Source: a virus (taxonomy: Duplodnaviria; Caudoviricetes). From it: 26,827 bases of DNA. This document shows positions 1 through 7,950 of the stretch, piece after piece; the first letter of the stretch is position 1, and each line of letters starts with the position of its first letter. A model generated the notes under the pieces. The model did not search any database. It saw nothing but the letters and a program-made list of their open reading frames with translations, and was not told the origin of the DNA. The stretch covers positions 1 to 26,827 of IMG/VR virus record IMGVR_UViG_3300020045_007880. The stretch is one strand, 5' to 3'. Made by a program: the position numbers and the translations under genes.

Positions 1-313
1 ACGAACTGCATACTTCAATATTCCGTACCAACCTTTTTTCGTCTTTGCTTCGTGGTTCGGCCTGTATCCTGTAAACGGATTCTAACCCTTGCCGAATGGT
101 TGAATGCCCGACGTTGAACAGTTCGCCAATTCGCATACATTCGCAGTTGCCGTACTTTTTTAGAATGTAAAAGCAAAGGAAACGGGCGTAAGTAATATGC
201 TTTTCCTGTGTGTGCGGCTTCATCAGTTCGCGCGGGGTAATTTCGGCGGCCTGGCACGCAATTTCAATACAAACGTGCGGCCTTACAATTGACGTAATTA
301 AATTTTGGTTCAT
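1..313 (-). CDS. DnaA C-terminal (domain IV) HTH-like protein, runs off the left window edge
   Basis: Not in the ORF track. Hand translation from ATG 313 (ATGA overlap with the 310..588 stop): MNQNLITSIVRPHVCIEIACQAAEITPRELMKPHTQEKHITYARFLCFYILKKYGNCECMRIGELFNVGHSTIRQGLESV...; 'I.YAR..C.Y.L...IG.LF..HSTI' resembles the Bac_DnaA_C pattern. Confidence 0.7.
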   Translation of the reverse strand, partial: MNQNLITSIVRPHVCIEIACQAAEITPRELMKPHTQEKHITYARFLCFYILKKYGNCECMRIGELFNVGHSTIRQGLESVYRIQAEPRSKDEKRLVRNIEVCSS

Positions 314-588
314 AACGCTTGTTGTTGCGGTAATTCGTTAATTATATTTTTTATATATGCTTCAATAATAATCTGTAAATGTTCTATTGCTTCATCACTT
401 AATAACAGGGTTGTTTGCGCGCCAACATTCCTAATTGGTGTGTGTTTGCATCTTTTTGCGTTAACCCCGTCAATCGTAATAAAAACAAGTTCATTACTAT
501 TTCCTTCTTTTGAAAGTATTATACGCTTGTTTTTTGTACGGGCAATAACGGCGTTAGGATAAACACAATATTTAGGTTCTTTGCTCAT
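310..588 (-). CDS. hypothetical protein
   Basis: 92-aa ORF, ATG start with A-rich leader, same strand as neighbours, stop overlaps next start. Confidence 0.7.
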   Translation of the reverse strand: MSKEPKYCVYPNAVIARTKNKRIILSKEGNSNELVFITIDGVNAKRCKHTPIRNVGAQTTLLLSDEAIEHLQIIIEAYIKNIINELPQQQAL

Positions 589-612
589 TGTCTTTGTTTT
601 AATTATTTGTAA

Positions 613-858
613 TTACATCCATTTTATAAGTCTATAATTGTGCATACCAATGTTTTCGCTTTTCGGGTTATGCTTTGCAAGGTTGGTGTAATTCACGAAA
701 ACGTCAACCGGCTTTTTTCTGCCGTATTGTTCGATTTTCTGCATCGAACGTTCATATTTAACTATTTCGGCAATTGTTTTGCACCTAACGGCGTCAACTA
801 TTTTAACGCGGTGACGTTTTCCGTTGATAACTTCGTATTCCGTAATTATGTACCTAGT
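613..858 (-). other. open frame without a canonical start near its 5' end (possible CDS with ACG/ATT/ATA start, or decayed gene)
   Basis: 82-codon stretch (incl. stop) in frame with, and immediately after, the VRR-NUC stop: TRYIITEYEVINGKRHRVKIVDAVRCKTIAEIVKYERSMQ...LIKWM*. Confidence 0.4.
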
Positions 859-1230
859 TTATCGTTTTAAATAATCGTCAATAATTTCTTTTGCCTGGTA
901 AAATCCAACGGCGAATGTCGCGTAATACCCCCGCCGCCGCAATTCAATTAAACATTCGTTTTGCTTTTTAATATGGTCGTTGGCGTAATCGTCGTTTTTC
1001 TTGTACAACTTCACGCCGTCGGCTTTGAGTTCAATAAATAACCCGTTGTAAGGTTTTCGGGGTTCGGCAATGAATATGTCGGGCCAACTCATACCGTTCT
1101 GAATACGCTTTTGCGCCTTTGCCTGGTTCATTGTCAGTTTAACCCCCGCGCCGTAATCGGAATGAAACAATACATTTGGATACTGCCAACGCAGATAATT
1201 TATAACGGCTTCGTGTGTGTCTTTTTCCAT
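859..1230 (-). CDS. VRR-NUC domain (PD-(D/E)xK) nuclease, probable Holliday junction resolvase
   Basis: G.SWPDIFI...GLFIELK catalytic motif, Q...L..RGY C-terminal pattern; typical size and location. Confidence 0.8.
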   Translation of the reverse strand: MEKDTHEAVINYLRWQYPNVLFHSDYGAGVKLTMNQAKAQKRIQNGMSWPDIFIAEPRKPYNGLFIELKADGVKLYKKNDDYANDHIKKQNECLIELRRRGYYATFAVGFYQAKEIIDDYLKR

Positions 1231-1233
1231 TTT

Positions 1234-1614
1234 TTAAAGTTTTTCAGTTATAAATGATTCTTTCGGCACAAAAAATTGCAGTTCAATGCCTTTTCCTGGC
1301 TTGTTGAAATGGTAGTATTGCCCAACTTCCAACGCCCTTTTTACTTCAATCCGGTAAATGCCTGTTTCAGTTCGTATGTTTATCATTGATTCGGGCGACA
1401 ACGCTTCAAGTACAACGTAATTGATACCCCAGGCGTTAAGTGTGCGAAACGTGTGTATTTCCTTCGCATTTTTGTAATAATTTAGTATGTCGCCGTTTTT
1501 ACTGAACCAACCCAAATTGCGGGCGTATGTTTCGGTAAACAACTTCAGCGTTATTATTCGCTTTTCGTCAACGGATAAAATGCCGTCTTTGTCTTTTTTG
1601 AGTATCGTTACCAT
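1234..1614 (-). CDS. hypothetical protein
   Basis: ORF track gives 1234..1662; start moved to ATG 1614 (MVTILKK) because an upstream small ORF ends at 1616. Confidence 0.65.
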   Translation of the reverse strand: MVTILKKDKDGILSVDEKRIITLKLFTETYARNLGWFSKNGDILNYYKNAKEIHTFRTLNAWGINYVVLEALSPESMINIRTETGIYRIEVKRALEVGQYYHFNKPGKGIELQFFVPKESFITEKL

Positions 1615-1615
1615 A

Positions 1616-1768
1616 TCAGTAAATTTTTGACGGTTTGGGTTGTATTTGGAAACAAGTATCATTTCTGAATTCGTAATTTAACCGGCACGGGCGGCATTTG
1701 CGTACCTCCATATAAGGATTGCACGAACAAAAGGCCATTACGATTAATAAAATTATGGTTGTTTTCAT
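1616..1768 (-). CDS. small putative lipoprotein (50 aa)
   Basis: Hand translation MKTTIILLIVMAFCSCNPYMEVRKCRPCRLNYEFRNDTCFQIQPKPSKIY; signal-like hydrophobic stretch ending in lipobox-like FCSC; ATGA overlap with the MTase stop. Confidence 0.6.
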   Translation of the reverse strand: MKTTIILLIVMAFCSCNPYMEVRKCRPCRLNYEFRNDTCFQIQPKPSKIY

Positions 1769-2454
1769 TTTGCTTTTTTGGTTAAAATGTATTCACTCCA
1801 TTGGGTTGCAATTGCGCGGGCAATACCTGGAAATGTCTTTGAACGTTCTTCGGCGCGTTTACCATTATGTACGGGCAACGAACTTGTTTTATAGTACCAT
1901 TCCGACATTGCACGCTTTTTGCCTTTTACACTATCGTAAACGACGTTGTTTCCCTTGTAAACGTGCGTAACTTCTGCATCAAATAAATTAACTGTTTTGT
2001 TGTGGTACAAGTAAGGTAAGTTGTGCAACCAAAGACAAGTTGTTTTTTGTGCTTCGTCACCAAAATAATACGGGTGTATTATTTGCGGTTTTTTTAATCG
2101 CGGGTCGTTATTCATTGCGCCAATCGGGTTTTCCATATATGCAAAATCAGTTAAACCGCACACCCTCAACCATAATTCAATTGTCCATTCAATTGCCGCA
2201 ATACGTTCGTCGTGCTTTGGTTTCCCTTTTGCATATGTTCGGTTGCCGGTAACCGTTAACGCGGTGCAAGTCGGGTGTAACCCTATAAAATCCCACTTTT
2301 TCAATGTAATTGCCTCGTTAATGTCCATTTGCAAATGATATTCGGGGTAACTTCCCGACGCGGGTTTTAAATCACAACTGTATGCGTTATGGCCCAATTT
2401 TCTAAATTCAGACATAACCGCCTGGCTTTCCTCAAATCCAATTAAAACGTTCAT
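1765..2454 (-). CDS. phage DNA cytosine-C5 methyltransferase-like protein
   Basis: N-terminal VLIGFEESQ (SAM-binding region), HPTCT (catalytic PC-like motif IV), MENP (ENV-like motif VI), C-terminal RSKTFPGIARA, as in short phage Dcm-like proteins. Confidence 0.75.
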   Translation of the reverse strand: MNVLIGFEESQAVMSEFRKLGHNAYSCDLKPASGSYPEYHLQMDINEAITLKKWDFIGLHPTCTALTVTGNRTYAKGKPKHDERIAAIEWTIELWLRVCGLTDFAYMENPIGAMNNDPRLKKPQIIHPYYFGDEAQKTTCLWLHNLPYLYHNKTVNLFDAEVTHVYKGNNVVYDSVKGKKRAMSEWYYKTSSLPVHNGKRAEERSKTFPGIARAIATQWSEYILTKKAK

Positions 2455-2633
2455 TTAATTGATTTTTTTATTGTTTCAAGCATACTTGTTTTATAATCAA
2501 ATATTCCCTGTTCAAACAAATATGCTCTAATGTCCTGGTGTTCGGACAACATTTTTGCCATTACGTCAATTTGGTTTAAATCGTTGTTTTGTACTGAAAT
2601 CCTTATTTTTTTATACCAATATTCTTTTGTCAT
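2451..2633 (-). CDS. hypothetical protein
   Basis: 60-aa ORF with 4-nt overlaps on both sides. Confidence 0.7.
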   Translation of the reverse strand: MTKEYWYKKIRISVQNNDLNQIDVMAKMLSEHQDIRAYLFEQGIFDYKTSMLETIKKSIK

Positions 2634-3376
2634 TTTAAAAGTTCTTTAATGTCTGCGTTTTCTTCAATCAACTTTTCAAACCATTGCACCAACATAATAT
2701 TTTTTGCCAATGCAATTACTTCTGCGTCGTGGTCGCCGTTTTTTAACAGGCGGTCAACTTGTCGTTTTGCGTCGTTACGTTCGTTGCGTGAATAACTCAT
2801 TTTGCGCCCTTCTGCGTCTTCCAACAACCTTTCGTGTGCGAATGCCTTAAGTTCGTTGCGTTCGTCTTCTGACGGGGTTAAAATGCCCTTTTTGCGTAAC
2901 CAATCGGCTTTAGGTGAACCGTAATCATACGCAACCCCCGTTATTTTGTATTTTTCAAAACAACTTATAATGCCTATGGTCATTATTCGGTCAATTTCTT
3001 CAGTCGTTTTACTGCTTTGTTCAGTTAACAACGGCGCAAGTGTTTTAACTTTTGCTTCCAGGTACGCCGAATGTTCGCCGGAATTTACATAGCATTGCAA
3101 CCACTTGTTTATCGTTGCCACGCTTATACCGGCATATTCGCCGTACACGAACCGCACACCATTGGCAACGGCCGTTTTAATTTCGGGCAACTCCAAAAGT
3201 TTAAAACGCGTTTGAATGTCCTTTGAAAGTATGTCAATTATTGCCATTACTTGCATTTTGTCTGACTTAAACCCCGTTGAAATGAACGCTTCGGCAACAA
3301 CCTGGTAGAGAAATGAATCCAATTCGTTGCGCGGTATGTCCTTTGTTTTGACTGAATATTTAACTATTTCTTCCAT
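2630..3376 (-). CDS. hypothetical protein, possible helicase loader/replication accessory
   Basis: 248-aa helical protein just downstream of the initiator gene; function is a positional inference only. Confidence 0.55.
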   Translation of the reverse strand: MEEIVKYSVKTKDIPRNELDSFLYQVVAEAFISTGFKSDKMQVMAIIDILSKDIQTRFKLLELPEIKTAVANGVRFVYGEYAGISVATINKWLQCYVNSGEHSAYLEAKVKTLAPLLTEQSSKTTEEIDRIMTIGIISCFEKYKITGVAYDYGSPKADWLRKKGILTPSEDERNELKAFAHERLLEDAEGRKMSYSRNERNDAKRQVDRLLKNGDHDAEVIALAKNIMLVQWFEKLIEENADIKELLK

Positions 3377-3530
3377 TTTTCGCGGCTATGTTGGTTAAAC
3401 TTATAATTATCATTGACGCGGCAACAATCATTGCAAATTCAAATGAACCGTATTTTTTACAAATCATTAAACCAATAAAGGTTAATGCAAAACCAATTGT
3501 TTGCCCAATTCCTTCAATTACATTTTTCAT
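3360..3530 (-). CDS. small membrane protein (56 aa, two hydrophobic segments)
   Basis: Hand translation MKNVIEGIGQTIGFALTFIGLMICKKYGSFEFAMIVAASMIIISLTNIAAKNGRNS; ATGA overlap with the initiator stop; fills the gap to the next gene. Confidence 0.65.
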   Translation of the reverse strand: MKNVIEGIGQTIGFALTFIGLMICKKYGSFEFAMIVAASMIIISLTNIAAKNGRNS

Positions 3531-4267
3531 AATTGTTCCTCCATTTCGCGTTTAATCTTTAATTGTTGCATTGCCCAATCCATATCATTTTTTAACTTTT
3601 CAATTTTTCCGATAGGTTCGGGCGCGGTATTTTTATTTTTAGGTTCAAATAAACCCTGGTAATTACCGGCAATTGCATTTTGCATCATTTCAATTGCGTC
3701 GGATTCATTTTGCTTTGAAAGTTTATTAAGTGAACTTTGCAATGCGTTTAATGTTTTGTTTCGCCATTTCGGTTCATTCATCAAAACTTTGAACGTTTCC
3801 AAAAAATCATCTGAATGAAAAGGAAATATTAATGCCTCGCATTTATTAATATTTACTTTACTTTCCTTTACTTTACTTTCCTTTACTTTAGGCGTGTTAC
3901 TAACGCGTTCGTAACTTGTTACATTTTCTGTATCTGCTTGATTATTACGCCACTCTGAAACTCTTTTGCGGGTTTTTTCTTTTTTTATTTGGTAGTTTTC
4001 ACTAAAGTTTAGCAATTGTTTGTTGAAAGTATCACCATTGTTTGAGTGAATTAACCCTATTTCTTCCATAAACTTCCAACATTTTTCAAGTCTTTTACCA
4101 ACCTTTAATTGTGATTTTAACACCGACGTTTTAATTGGTTTTTCTTGTTTCGCAAATTTTTCAAGTGCAACGTAAAATAAACCGACACCCTCATATCCGA
4201 ACTGTATATAAAGTTCAGATACTTTTTCGTCTTCAAATGCGGATGAATCGTGTAGGTAGTATTTCAT
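3527..4267 (-). CDS. phage replication initiator (DUF4373/Lin1244-like N-terminal domain)
   Basis: N-terminal Y.HDS.A..D.KV..L...G.EG.G.FY pattern, winged-helix region, R.RV..WR motif, KVKESK linker, C-terminal AI..NYQGLF domain. Confidence 0.75.
   Translation of the reverse strand: MKYYLHDSSAFEDEKVSELYIQFGYEGVGLFYVALEKFAKQEKPIKTSVLKSQLKVGKRLEKCWKFMEEIGLIHSNNGDTFNKQLLNFSENYQIKKEKTRKRVSEWRNNQADTENVTSYERVSNTPKVKESKVKESKVNINKCEALIFPFHSDDFLETFKVLMNEPKWRNKTLNALQSSLNKLSKQNESDAIEMMQNAIAGNYQGLFEPKNKNTAPEPIGKIEKLKNDMDWAMQQLKIKREMEEQL
3852..3922. repeat. 15-bp tandem repeat plus clustered GTTAC/GTAAC motifs inside the initiator gene; candidate origin
   Basis: TTTACTTTACTTTCC x2.6 at 3852-3890, then GTTAC..GTAAC..GTTAC at 3896-3922; lambdoid-type origins lie within the initiator gene. 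Confidence 0.5.
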
Positions 4268-4368
4268 ATAAAAAGGAAACCCCTATAAAAGAAAAACACC
4301 CTGGCCGTCGGGTGAGAGTCCCGCAGGGTGTATTCAATTATAAGGGTATGTGTTAAATCGGTTTTCAT
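4264..4368 (-). CDS. putative leader peptide (34 aa) coupled to the initiator gene
   Basis: MKTDLTHTLIIEYTLRDSHPTARVFFFYRGFLFI*; its TGA overlaps the initiator ATG (ATGA). Confidence 0.45.
   Translation of the reverse strand: MKTDLTHTLIIEYTLRDSHPTARVFFFYRGFLFI
4281..4346 (-). promoter_or_regulatory. long stem-loop in the initiator leader
   Basis: Nested inverted repeats CCCTATAA/TTATAAGGG, ACACCCTG/CAGGGTGT, CGGG/CCCG around a 7-nt loop (TGAGAGT on + strand). Confidence 0.65.
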
Positions 4369-4388
4369 TCTCTCAATTTTTGGCATAA

Positions 4389-4396
4389 CAAATGTA
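4389..4396 (-). promoter_or_regulatory. Bacteroidota-type -7 promoter element
   Basis: Minus strand TACATTTG matches TAnnTTTG; intergenic, upstream of the initiator leader; no clear -33 TTTG. Confidence 0.55.
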
Positions 4397-4427
4397 CGTT
4401 AATTTTTGCCGTTTCCGACGCACCACG

Positions 4428-4760
4428 TTATTTTTTTTTGTGTCCGTTTAAGGTCATTGGATTAAACCGTTGTTTCAGTTCGCCGACGTTGTTAAGACGC
4501 AATATAAAGTTGATAACATAGTCTTTGGCGTCGCGTCCTTTTGGAACGGATATTTGGCATTTAGGCGTCAACCGCAAGTATTCCAGGTAACCGCACTTTT
4601 CAATTTCTTGCATTATGTCGGCCGGTAAGTTCTTCATATCGTAATATTCTTCGGGCCGAATTGCGCGGCAATGGATAATTGCCTGTTTGCCTGTACACGT
4701 TTCAACAAGCCGTTGTTTCGCTGAACATTGTTCGCCAAGTGCTTTACTGTTATTTTTCAT
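4428..4760 (-). CDS. hypothetical protein
   Basis: 110-aa ORF in the operon, ATGA overlap with the upstream small ORF. Confidence 0.65.
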   Translation of the reverse strand: MKNNSKALGEQCSAKQRLVETCTGKQAIIHCRAIRPEEYYDMKNLPADIMQEIEKCGYLEYLRLTPKCQISVPKGRDAKDYVINFILRLNNVGELKQRFNPMTLNGHKKK

Positions 4761-4876
4761 TTCGCGCGGTTATAAAGAGTTGTAATTCGGTTTGTGCGTT
4801 CAGTCCAATAACGCATCTTGCGTTTGGTTTTTATCTGCAAGTAAATGCGATAAATGTATTTAAAAAGTTTTTTCAT
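4757..4876 (-). CDS. small basic protein (39 aa)
   Basis: Hand translation MKKLFKYIYRIYLQIKTKRKMRYWTERTNRITTLYNRAK; ATGA overlaps at both ends. Confidence 0.6.
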   Translation of the reverse strand: MKKLFKYIYRIYLQIKTKRKMRYWTERTNRITTLYNRAK

Positions 4877-5379
4877 AATTGAATTTCTAATTGTTCGTTT
4901 GTTTTAGCGTATTCACCATAATATTTTTCAGCATATTTGTCGTAAGCGTTGGCCGCGTCAATTTCTTTATTAAAGAGTCCAATGTGCGTCCTTTTGCCGT
5001 TTATTTGTATTTGTGCTTTGAATTTTTTTGAATTTGAATCCCAATGAACACCTTTGTATTTGCTTGTACAATTTATTCTTTTTCTGCTATTCATCAAGTT
5101 TTGTCCTATTGTGCAATACCGTAAATTTAACCTTCTATTATCAAGACTATTACCGTTTATATGGTCAATTACATACCCATTTTCGGGTTCGCCTAAAATA
5201 AATGTATGCAATAAAACAGTAAATCGTTCTCCAAAAGTTCTGAATTCTCTTGCGGCATAAAAAGTTGTTCCGCACTTCCTTACCTTTTTCATTGCAAGCC
5301 ATTTAAAACGTTTGGCTCTTTCGTAATCTATGTCGTCAACTATGGTTGTTAAACCTCTTGTTAATTGTATCCTTTTCAT
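4873..5379 (-). CDS. HNH homing endonuclease with C-terminal AP2 DNA-binding domain
   Basis: IDHINGNSLDNRRLNLR (HNH) and SKYKGVHW...KAQIQINGKRTHIGLF..EIDAANAYD (AP2). Confidence 0.9.
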   Translation of the reverse strand: MKRIQLTRGLTTIVDDIDYERAKRFKWLAMKKVRKCGTTFYAAREFRTFGERFTVLLHTFILGEPENGYVIDHINGNSLDNRRLNLRYCTIGQNLMNSRKRINCTSKYKGVHWDSNSKKFKAQIQINGKRTHIGLFNKEIDAANAYDKYAEKYYGEYAKTNEQLEIQL

Positions 5380-5810
5380 ATTTCTATTGTTAACTGTTCC
5401 CCAGGTTCGGGAATTTGTAAGTTTAAATCAGTTGCGGCCCACCGCGTTATTTTGGCAAAATATTCCATTATCTGTGACGTTGACATTTCGGTTGAACTAC
5501 CGATTGTTTTGATTATTTCGCCGTTGCGTACGTTCACAACTTCAACCAGGTTAAACCGTTTCAACAATTCATTGTGCGTTCCGTCCAACGTCATTTCCTC
5601 CCAACCTAATTCAACTAATTCCTTACACACTAACGGCACTACAACGCCCCAATAATAACGGTTTTGCTCAATGCTTCTTTTCTTTTTCGTTCGTTCAATC
5701 GTAATGGTATAATTGCCGTCTTTGAACCGCGAAATGTCGGTAAGGAATTCGGCCCGTTTGCCGAACTCCATTTTTCCGTTTTTAATGCGACATTGTGCAA
5801 TTACTTTCAT
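5376..5810 (-). CDS. NinB/Orf-like recombination accessory protein
   Basis: RSIEQNRYYW motif and C-terminal STEMSTSQIMEYFAKI pattern. Confidence 0.65.
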   Translation of the reverse strand: MKVIAQCRIKNGKMEFGKRAEFLTDISRFKDGNYTITIERTKKKRSIEQNRYYWGVVVPLVCKELVELGWEEMTLDGTHNELLKRFNLVEVVNVRNGEIIKTIGSSTEMSTSQIMEYFAKITRWAATDLNLQIPEPGEQLTIEI

Positions 5811-6256
5811 TACCGTATTGTAATTATTTCGGTTTGGGTGAACGTTGGCGGCTGAATTACCGTGCCTGTAATCGGGTCGGCAATAGGTTCTTTAATGGCC
5901 TTCAGCAAGTTTTCAATGTCCTTCAATTTGGCCTTAAGTTCCGTTTCTTGTTTCTTCAGTTCGGCATACATCGGGTGTCCGGACGTTGAATAATCAAAAG
6001 TCGTGCGGTTTGACAAGGTGATTTTGCACCCGTTAAATTCCTGGTCTTTGTATTTTACCGCTTCAGCAATGGCCATTTGCTTAATTAACTTTGAATCTTT
6101 AATTTCGTTTAAGGTGTCGGCAACAATTGTTGCCTGTACCCAAAACTTGATAATTGAGTAATCGCCGTTTACAAGTTCTTCAATGGCAACCGGAACAAAT
6201 GTTTTTTGTTCTTCCCGCGTTTCGGGCAAATACTTTAATTGTGTTAATGCGTTCAT
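5810..6256 (-). CDS. hypothetical protein in the recombination module
   Basis: 148-aa ORF with a short coiled coil between the ERF and NinB-like genes. Confidence 0.7.
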   Translation of the reverse strand: MNALTQLKYLPETREEQKTFVPVAIEELVNGDYSIIKFWVQATIVADTLNEIKDSKLIKQMAIAEAVKYKDQEFNGCKITLSNRTTFDYSTSGHPMYAELKKQETELKAKLKDIENLLKAIKEPIADPITGTVIQPPTFTQTEIITIR

Positions 6257-6262
6257 TTTTCG

Positions 6263-6901
6263 TTATTTTAAATGGTTATTAATTGCTTTTACAAATGCTG
6301 ATTCCTGTTCGGGTGTTACTTCGTATGTTTCCAATACCAACGGCCAAACGTCTTCACCGGATTTTGCGCGTAAAATGGCCTTTGTTAAAAGCGCGTCGGT
6401 TAACATTGGTTTGCCGCTTACTTTCTTCCAATTCAATGGTTCGGGTTCGGGTTGTGCCGCAATGGTTTGTGCAACGGCCTTGTCGTTTGCTCTTTTACTT
6501 GATTCGGCCGCCGTGTTTTCGGTAGTGTCAAAATCCAACTTATTGTCAGTTATCCCAAAGGCCGACATTTTCAAATACCGTTCGGTGTAAGTCACGCACC
6601 CCCCCAATTGTTGTGCAATGTTCGTTGCGGTTATTGTAGGTATCGCGGTTGCCATTGTGAATTCCATATTTTCTTCTGTTTCAACCTCATAAACGGTTAA
6701 AACACCATAAACGCCTAACGCGTCACGCACCAAGTCAAATTTTGTTAAAAGGCCTAATTTGTGGCACGCGTCTGCAACAAGGTATTCCACTTGCGCTGGT
6801 GTGAAATAGTCGAATTTGCTAAAATCGTTTCGGCCTTCTTTTTTTAGTTTAGTCGCCTTAATTTGCGCCTTTGCTTCAGATAGTTTTTTAATAATTGTCA
6901 T
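6263..6901 (-). CDS. erf: ERF-family single-strand annealing recombinase
   Basis: K.G.N.FSKFDY N-terminal motif and QQLGGCVTYTERY...AFGI, matching the ERF G...TY..RY signature. Confidence 0.8.
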   Translation of the reverse strand: MTIIKKLSEAKAQIKATKLKKEGRNDFSKFDYFTPAQVEYLVADACHKLGLLTKFDLVRDALGVYGVLTVYEVETEENMEFTMATAIPTITATNIAQQLGGCVTYTERYLKMSAFGITDNKLDFDTTENTAAESSKRANDKAVAQTIAAQPEPEPLNWKKVSGKPMLTDALLTKAILRAKSGEDVWPLVLETYEVTPEQESAFVKAINNHLK

Positions 6902-6920
6902 TGTTTCTAAAGTTTAAATG

Positions 6921-7106
6921 TTAATTGTCCTCCTCTTCTATTGTGTCACCAACTGAAATATCTGCTTCAACAAGTGACGTAATCCAAGCGTTTAAATCAT
7001 CTTTTGTAACTTTATAGTTTTTTGATTCACAATAATTAATTCGATAAATTCTTTTCAGTTCCAATAGTGAAAATCTAACGGTAATATTAAACGTCGTTGT
7101 TTTCAT
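6921..7106 (-). CDS. hypothetical protein
   Basis: 61-aa ORF overlapping the upstream stop. Confidence 0.6.
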   Translation of the reverse strand: MKTTTFNITVRFSLLELKRIYRINYCESKNYKVTKDDLNAWITSLVEADISVGDTIEEEDN

Positions 7107-7417
7107 TGTTTGTTGGCTTTAAAAGTGTTAGTAATTGAATAAACGTTGGCCAAAAGTTCGTTGGCAAAGTCAATCATATTAATTTGTTCTTTAATCTTTG
7201 CCGTGAAATTGTCGGCATTGTTTTCGGTACAGTCTTTACACACCCCGTGCAAAGTAATGTCTTCGGGTGCAACCATATTTAAGCATTCGGGGCATTTAAC
7301 GGGTTGGTTGTCTTCGCAAGGTTCGCAAAGTTCGTCGTAATTCGTGCCGGTGCGTTTGCCGCACATTGGGCAATGTCCAATATAAGTATCTGAACCGTGA
7401 AAGTATGAATTATTCAT
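7103..7417 (-). CDS. zinc-finger protein (4 x CxxC)
   Basis: CPMC, CEPC, CPEC, CKDC. Confidence 0.7.
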   Translation of the reverse strand: MNNSYFHGSDTYIGHCPMCGKRTGTNYDELCEPCEDNQPVKCPECLNMVAPEDITLHGVCKDCTENNADNFTAKIKEQINMIDFANELLANVYSITNTFKANKQ

Positions 7418-7580
7418 TGTCGTTAATGTTTTCGTCGGTTTGAATGCACCACCAGGTAAATAAAAATGTTACTACAATTGCACCCGACATAATCAACATA
7501 TTTTTTTCGGGAAACATTGCGAAAAGGGTTATGGCAAAAATGCCGATTAGCATAAGGCCATATTTAAAATGGTTTTTCAT
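7410..7580 (-). CDS. small membrane protein (56 aa, two hydrophobic segments)
   Basis: Hand translation MKNHFKYGLMLIGIFAITLFAMFPEKNMLIMSGAIVVTFLFTWWCIQTDENINDNE; 8-nt overlap with the next start. Confidence 0.65.
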   Translation of the reverse strand: MKNHFKYGLMLIGIFAITLFAMFPEKNMLIMSGAIVVTFLFTWWCIQTDENINDNE

Positions 7581-7604
7581 TGGGTTTTGGGTTTTAAAAG
7601 TTCA

Positions 7605-7661
7605 GTGCAAAGGCAAGTCGGGGGTTTGTACGGGTTGCCCCCTTCCCGCTTGCCTTCGCAC
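7605..7661 (-). promoter_or_regulatory. GC-rich intergenic stem-loop (attenuator, processing site or small RNA)
   Basis: Minus strand GTGCGAAGGCAAG pairs with CTTGCCTTTGCAC (13 bp including one G-U); inner GGGGG/CCCCC stem. Confidence 0.6.
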
Positions 7662-7671
7662 AAGGCGTTTG

Positions 7672-7902
7672 TTAGGTAAATATTATTCTTACAAATGTAT
7701 TTTCGGGGTTGCGCGGGCAACCTTCGGTAAAACCGTTATCATTAACAAAAAATGTAAAACACTTTTTAAGGTTACGAATCAGTTGCGAATCGTATTTGCC
7801 CTGTAAATAAATACGGCTATTTTCAATATCAACAACATAAAAATGGTCAACCGATACAATGAACCGGTCAATTAATGCCAATCTTCTAAAGTTCTGTTTC
7901 AT
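7672..7902 (-). CDS. hypothetical protein, first gene of the putative early operon
   Basis: 76-aa ORF downstream of a TAnnTTTG box. Confidence 0.65.
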   Translation of the reverse strand: MKQNFRRLALIDRFIVSVDHFYVVDIENSRIYLQGKYDSQLIRNLKKCFTFFVNDNGFTEGCPRNPENTFVRIIFT

Positions 7903-7950
7903 TTTGCGAAGGTTTTTAAAGGGTTAAAAAATTGTGTTCGTTTCAGTCTT

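Noticed and set aside
15-257. 80-aa minus-strand ORF in the track
   Set aside because: Overlaps, in another frame, the DnaA-domain-like ORF starting at 313, which has an ATG, translational coupling and a recognisable motif.
7605-7661. Hairpin as a tRNA
   Set aside because: No cloverleaf, T-loop or D-loop consensus; it is a single stem-loop.
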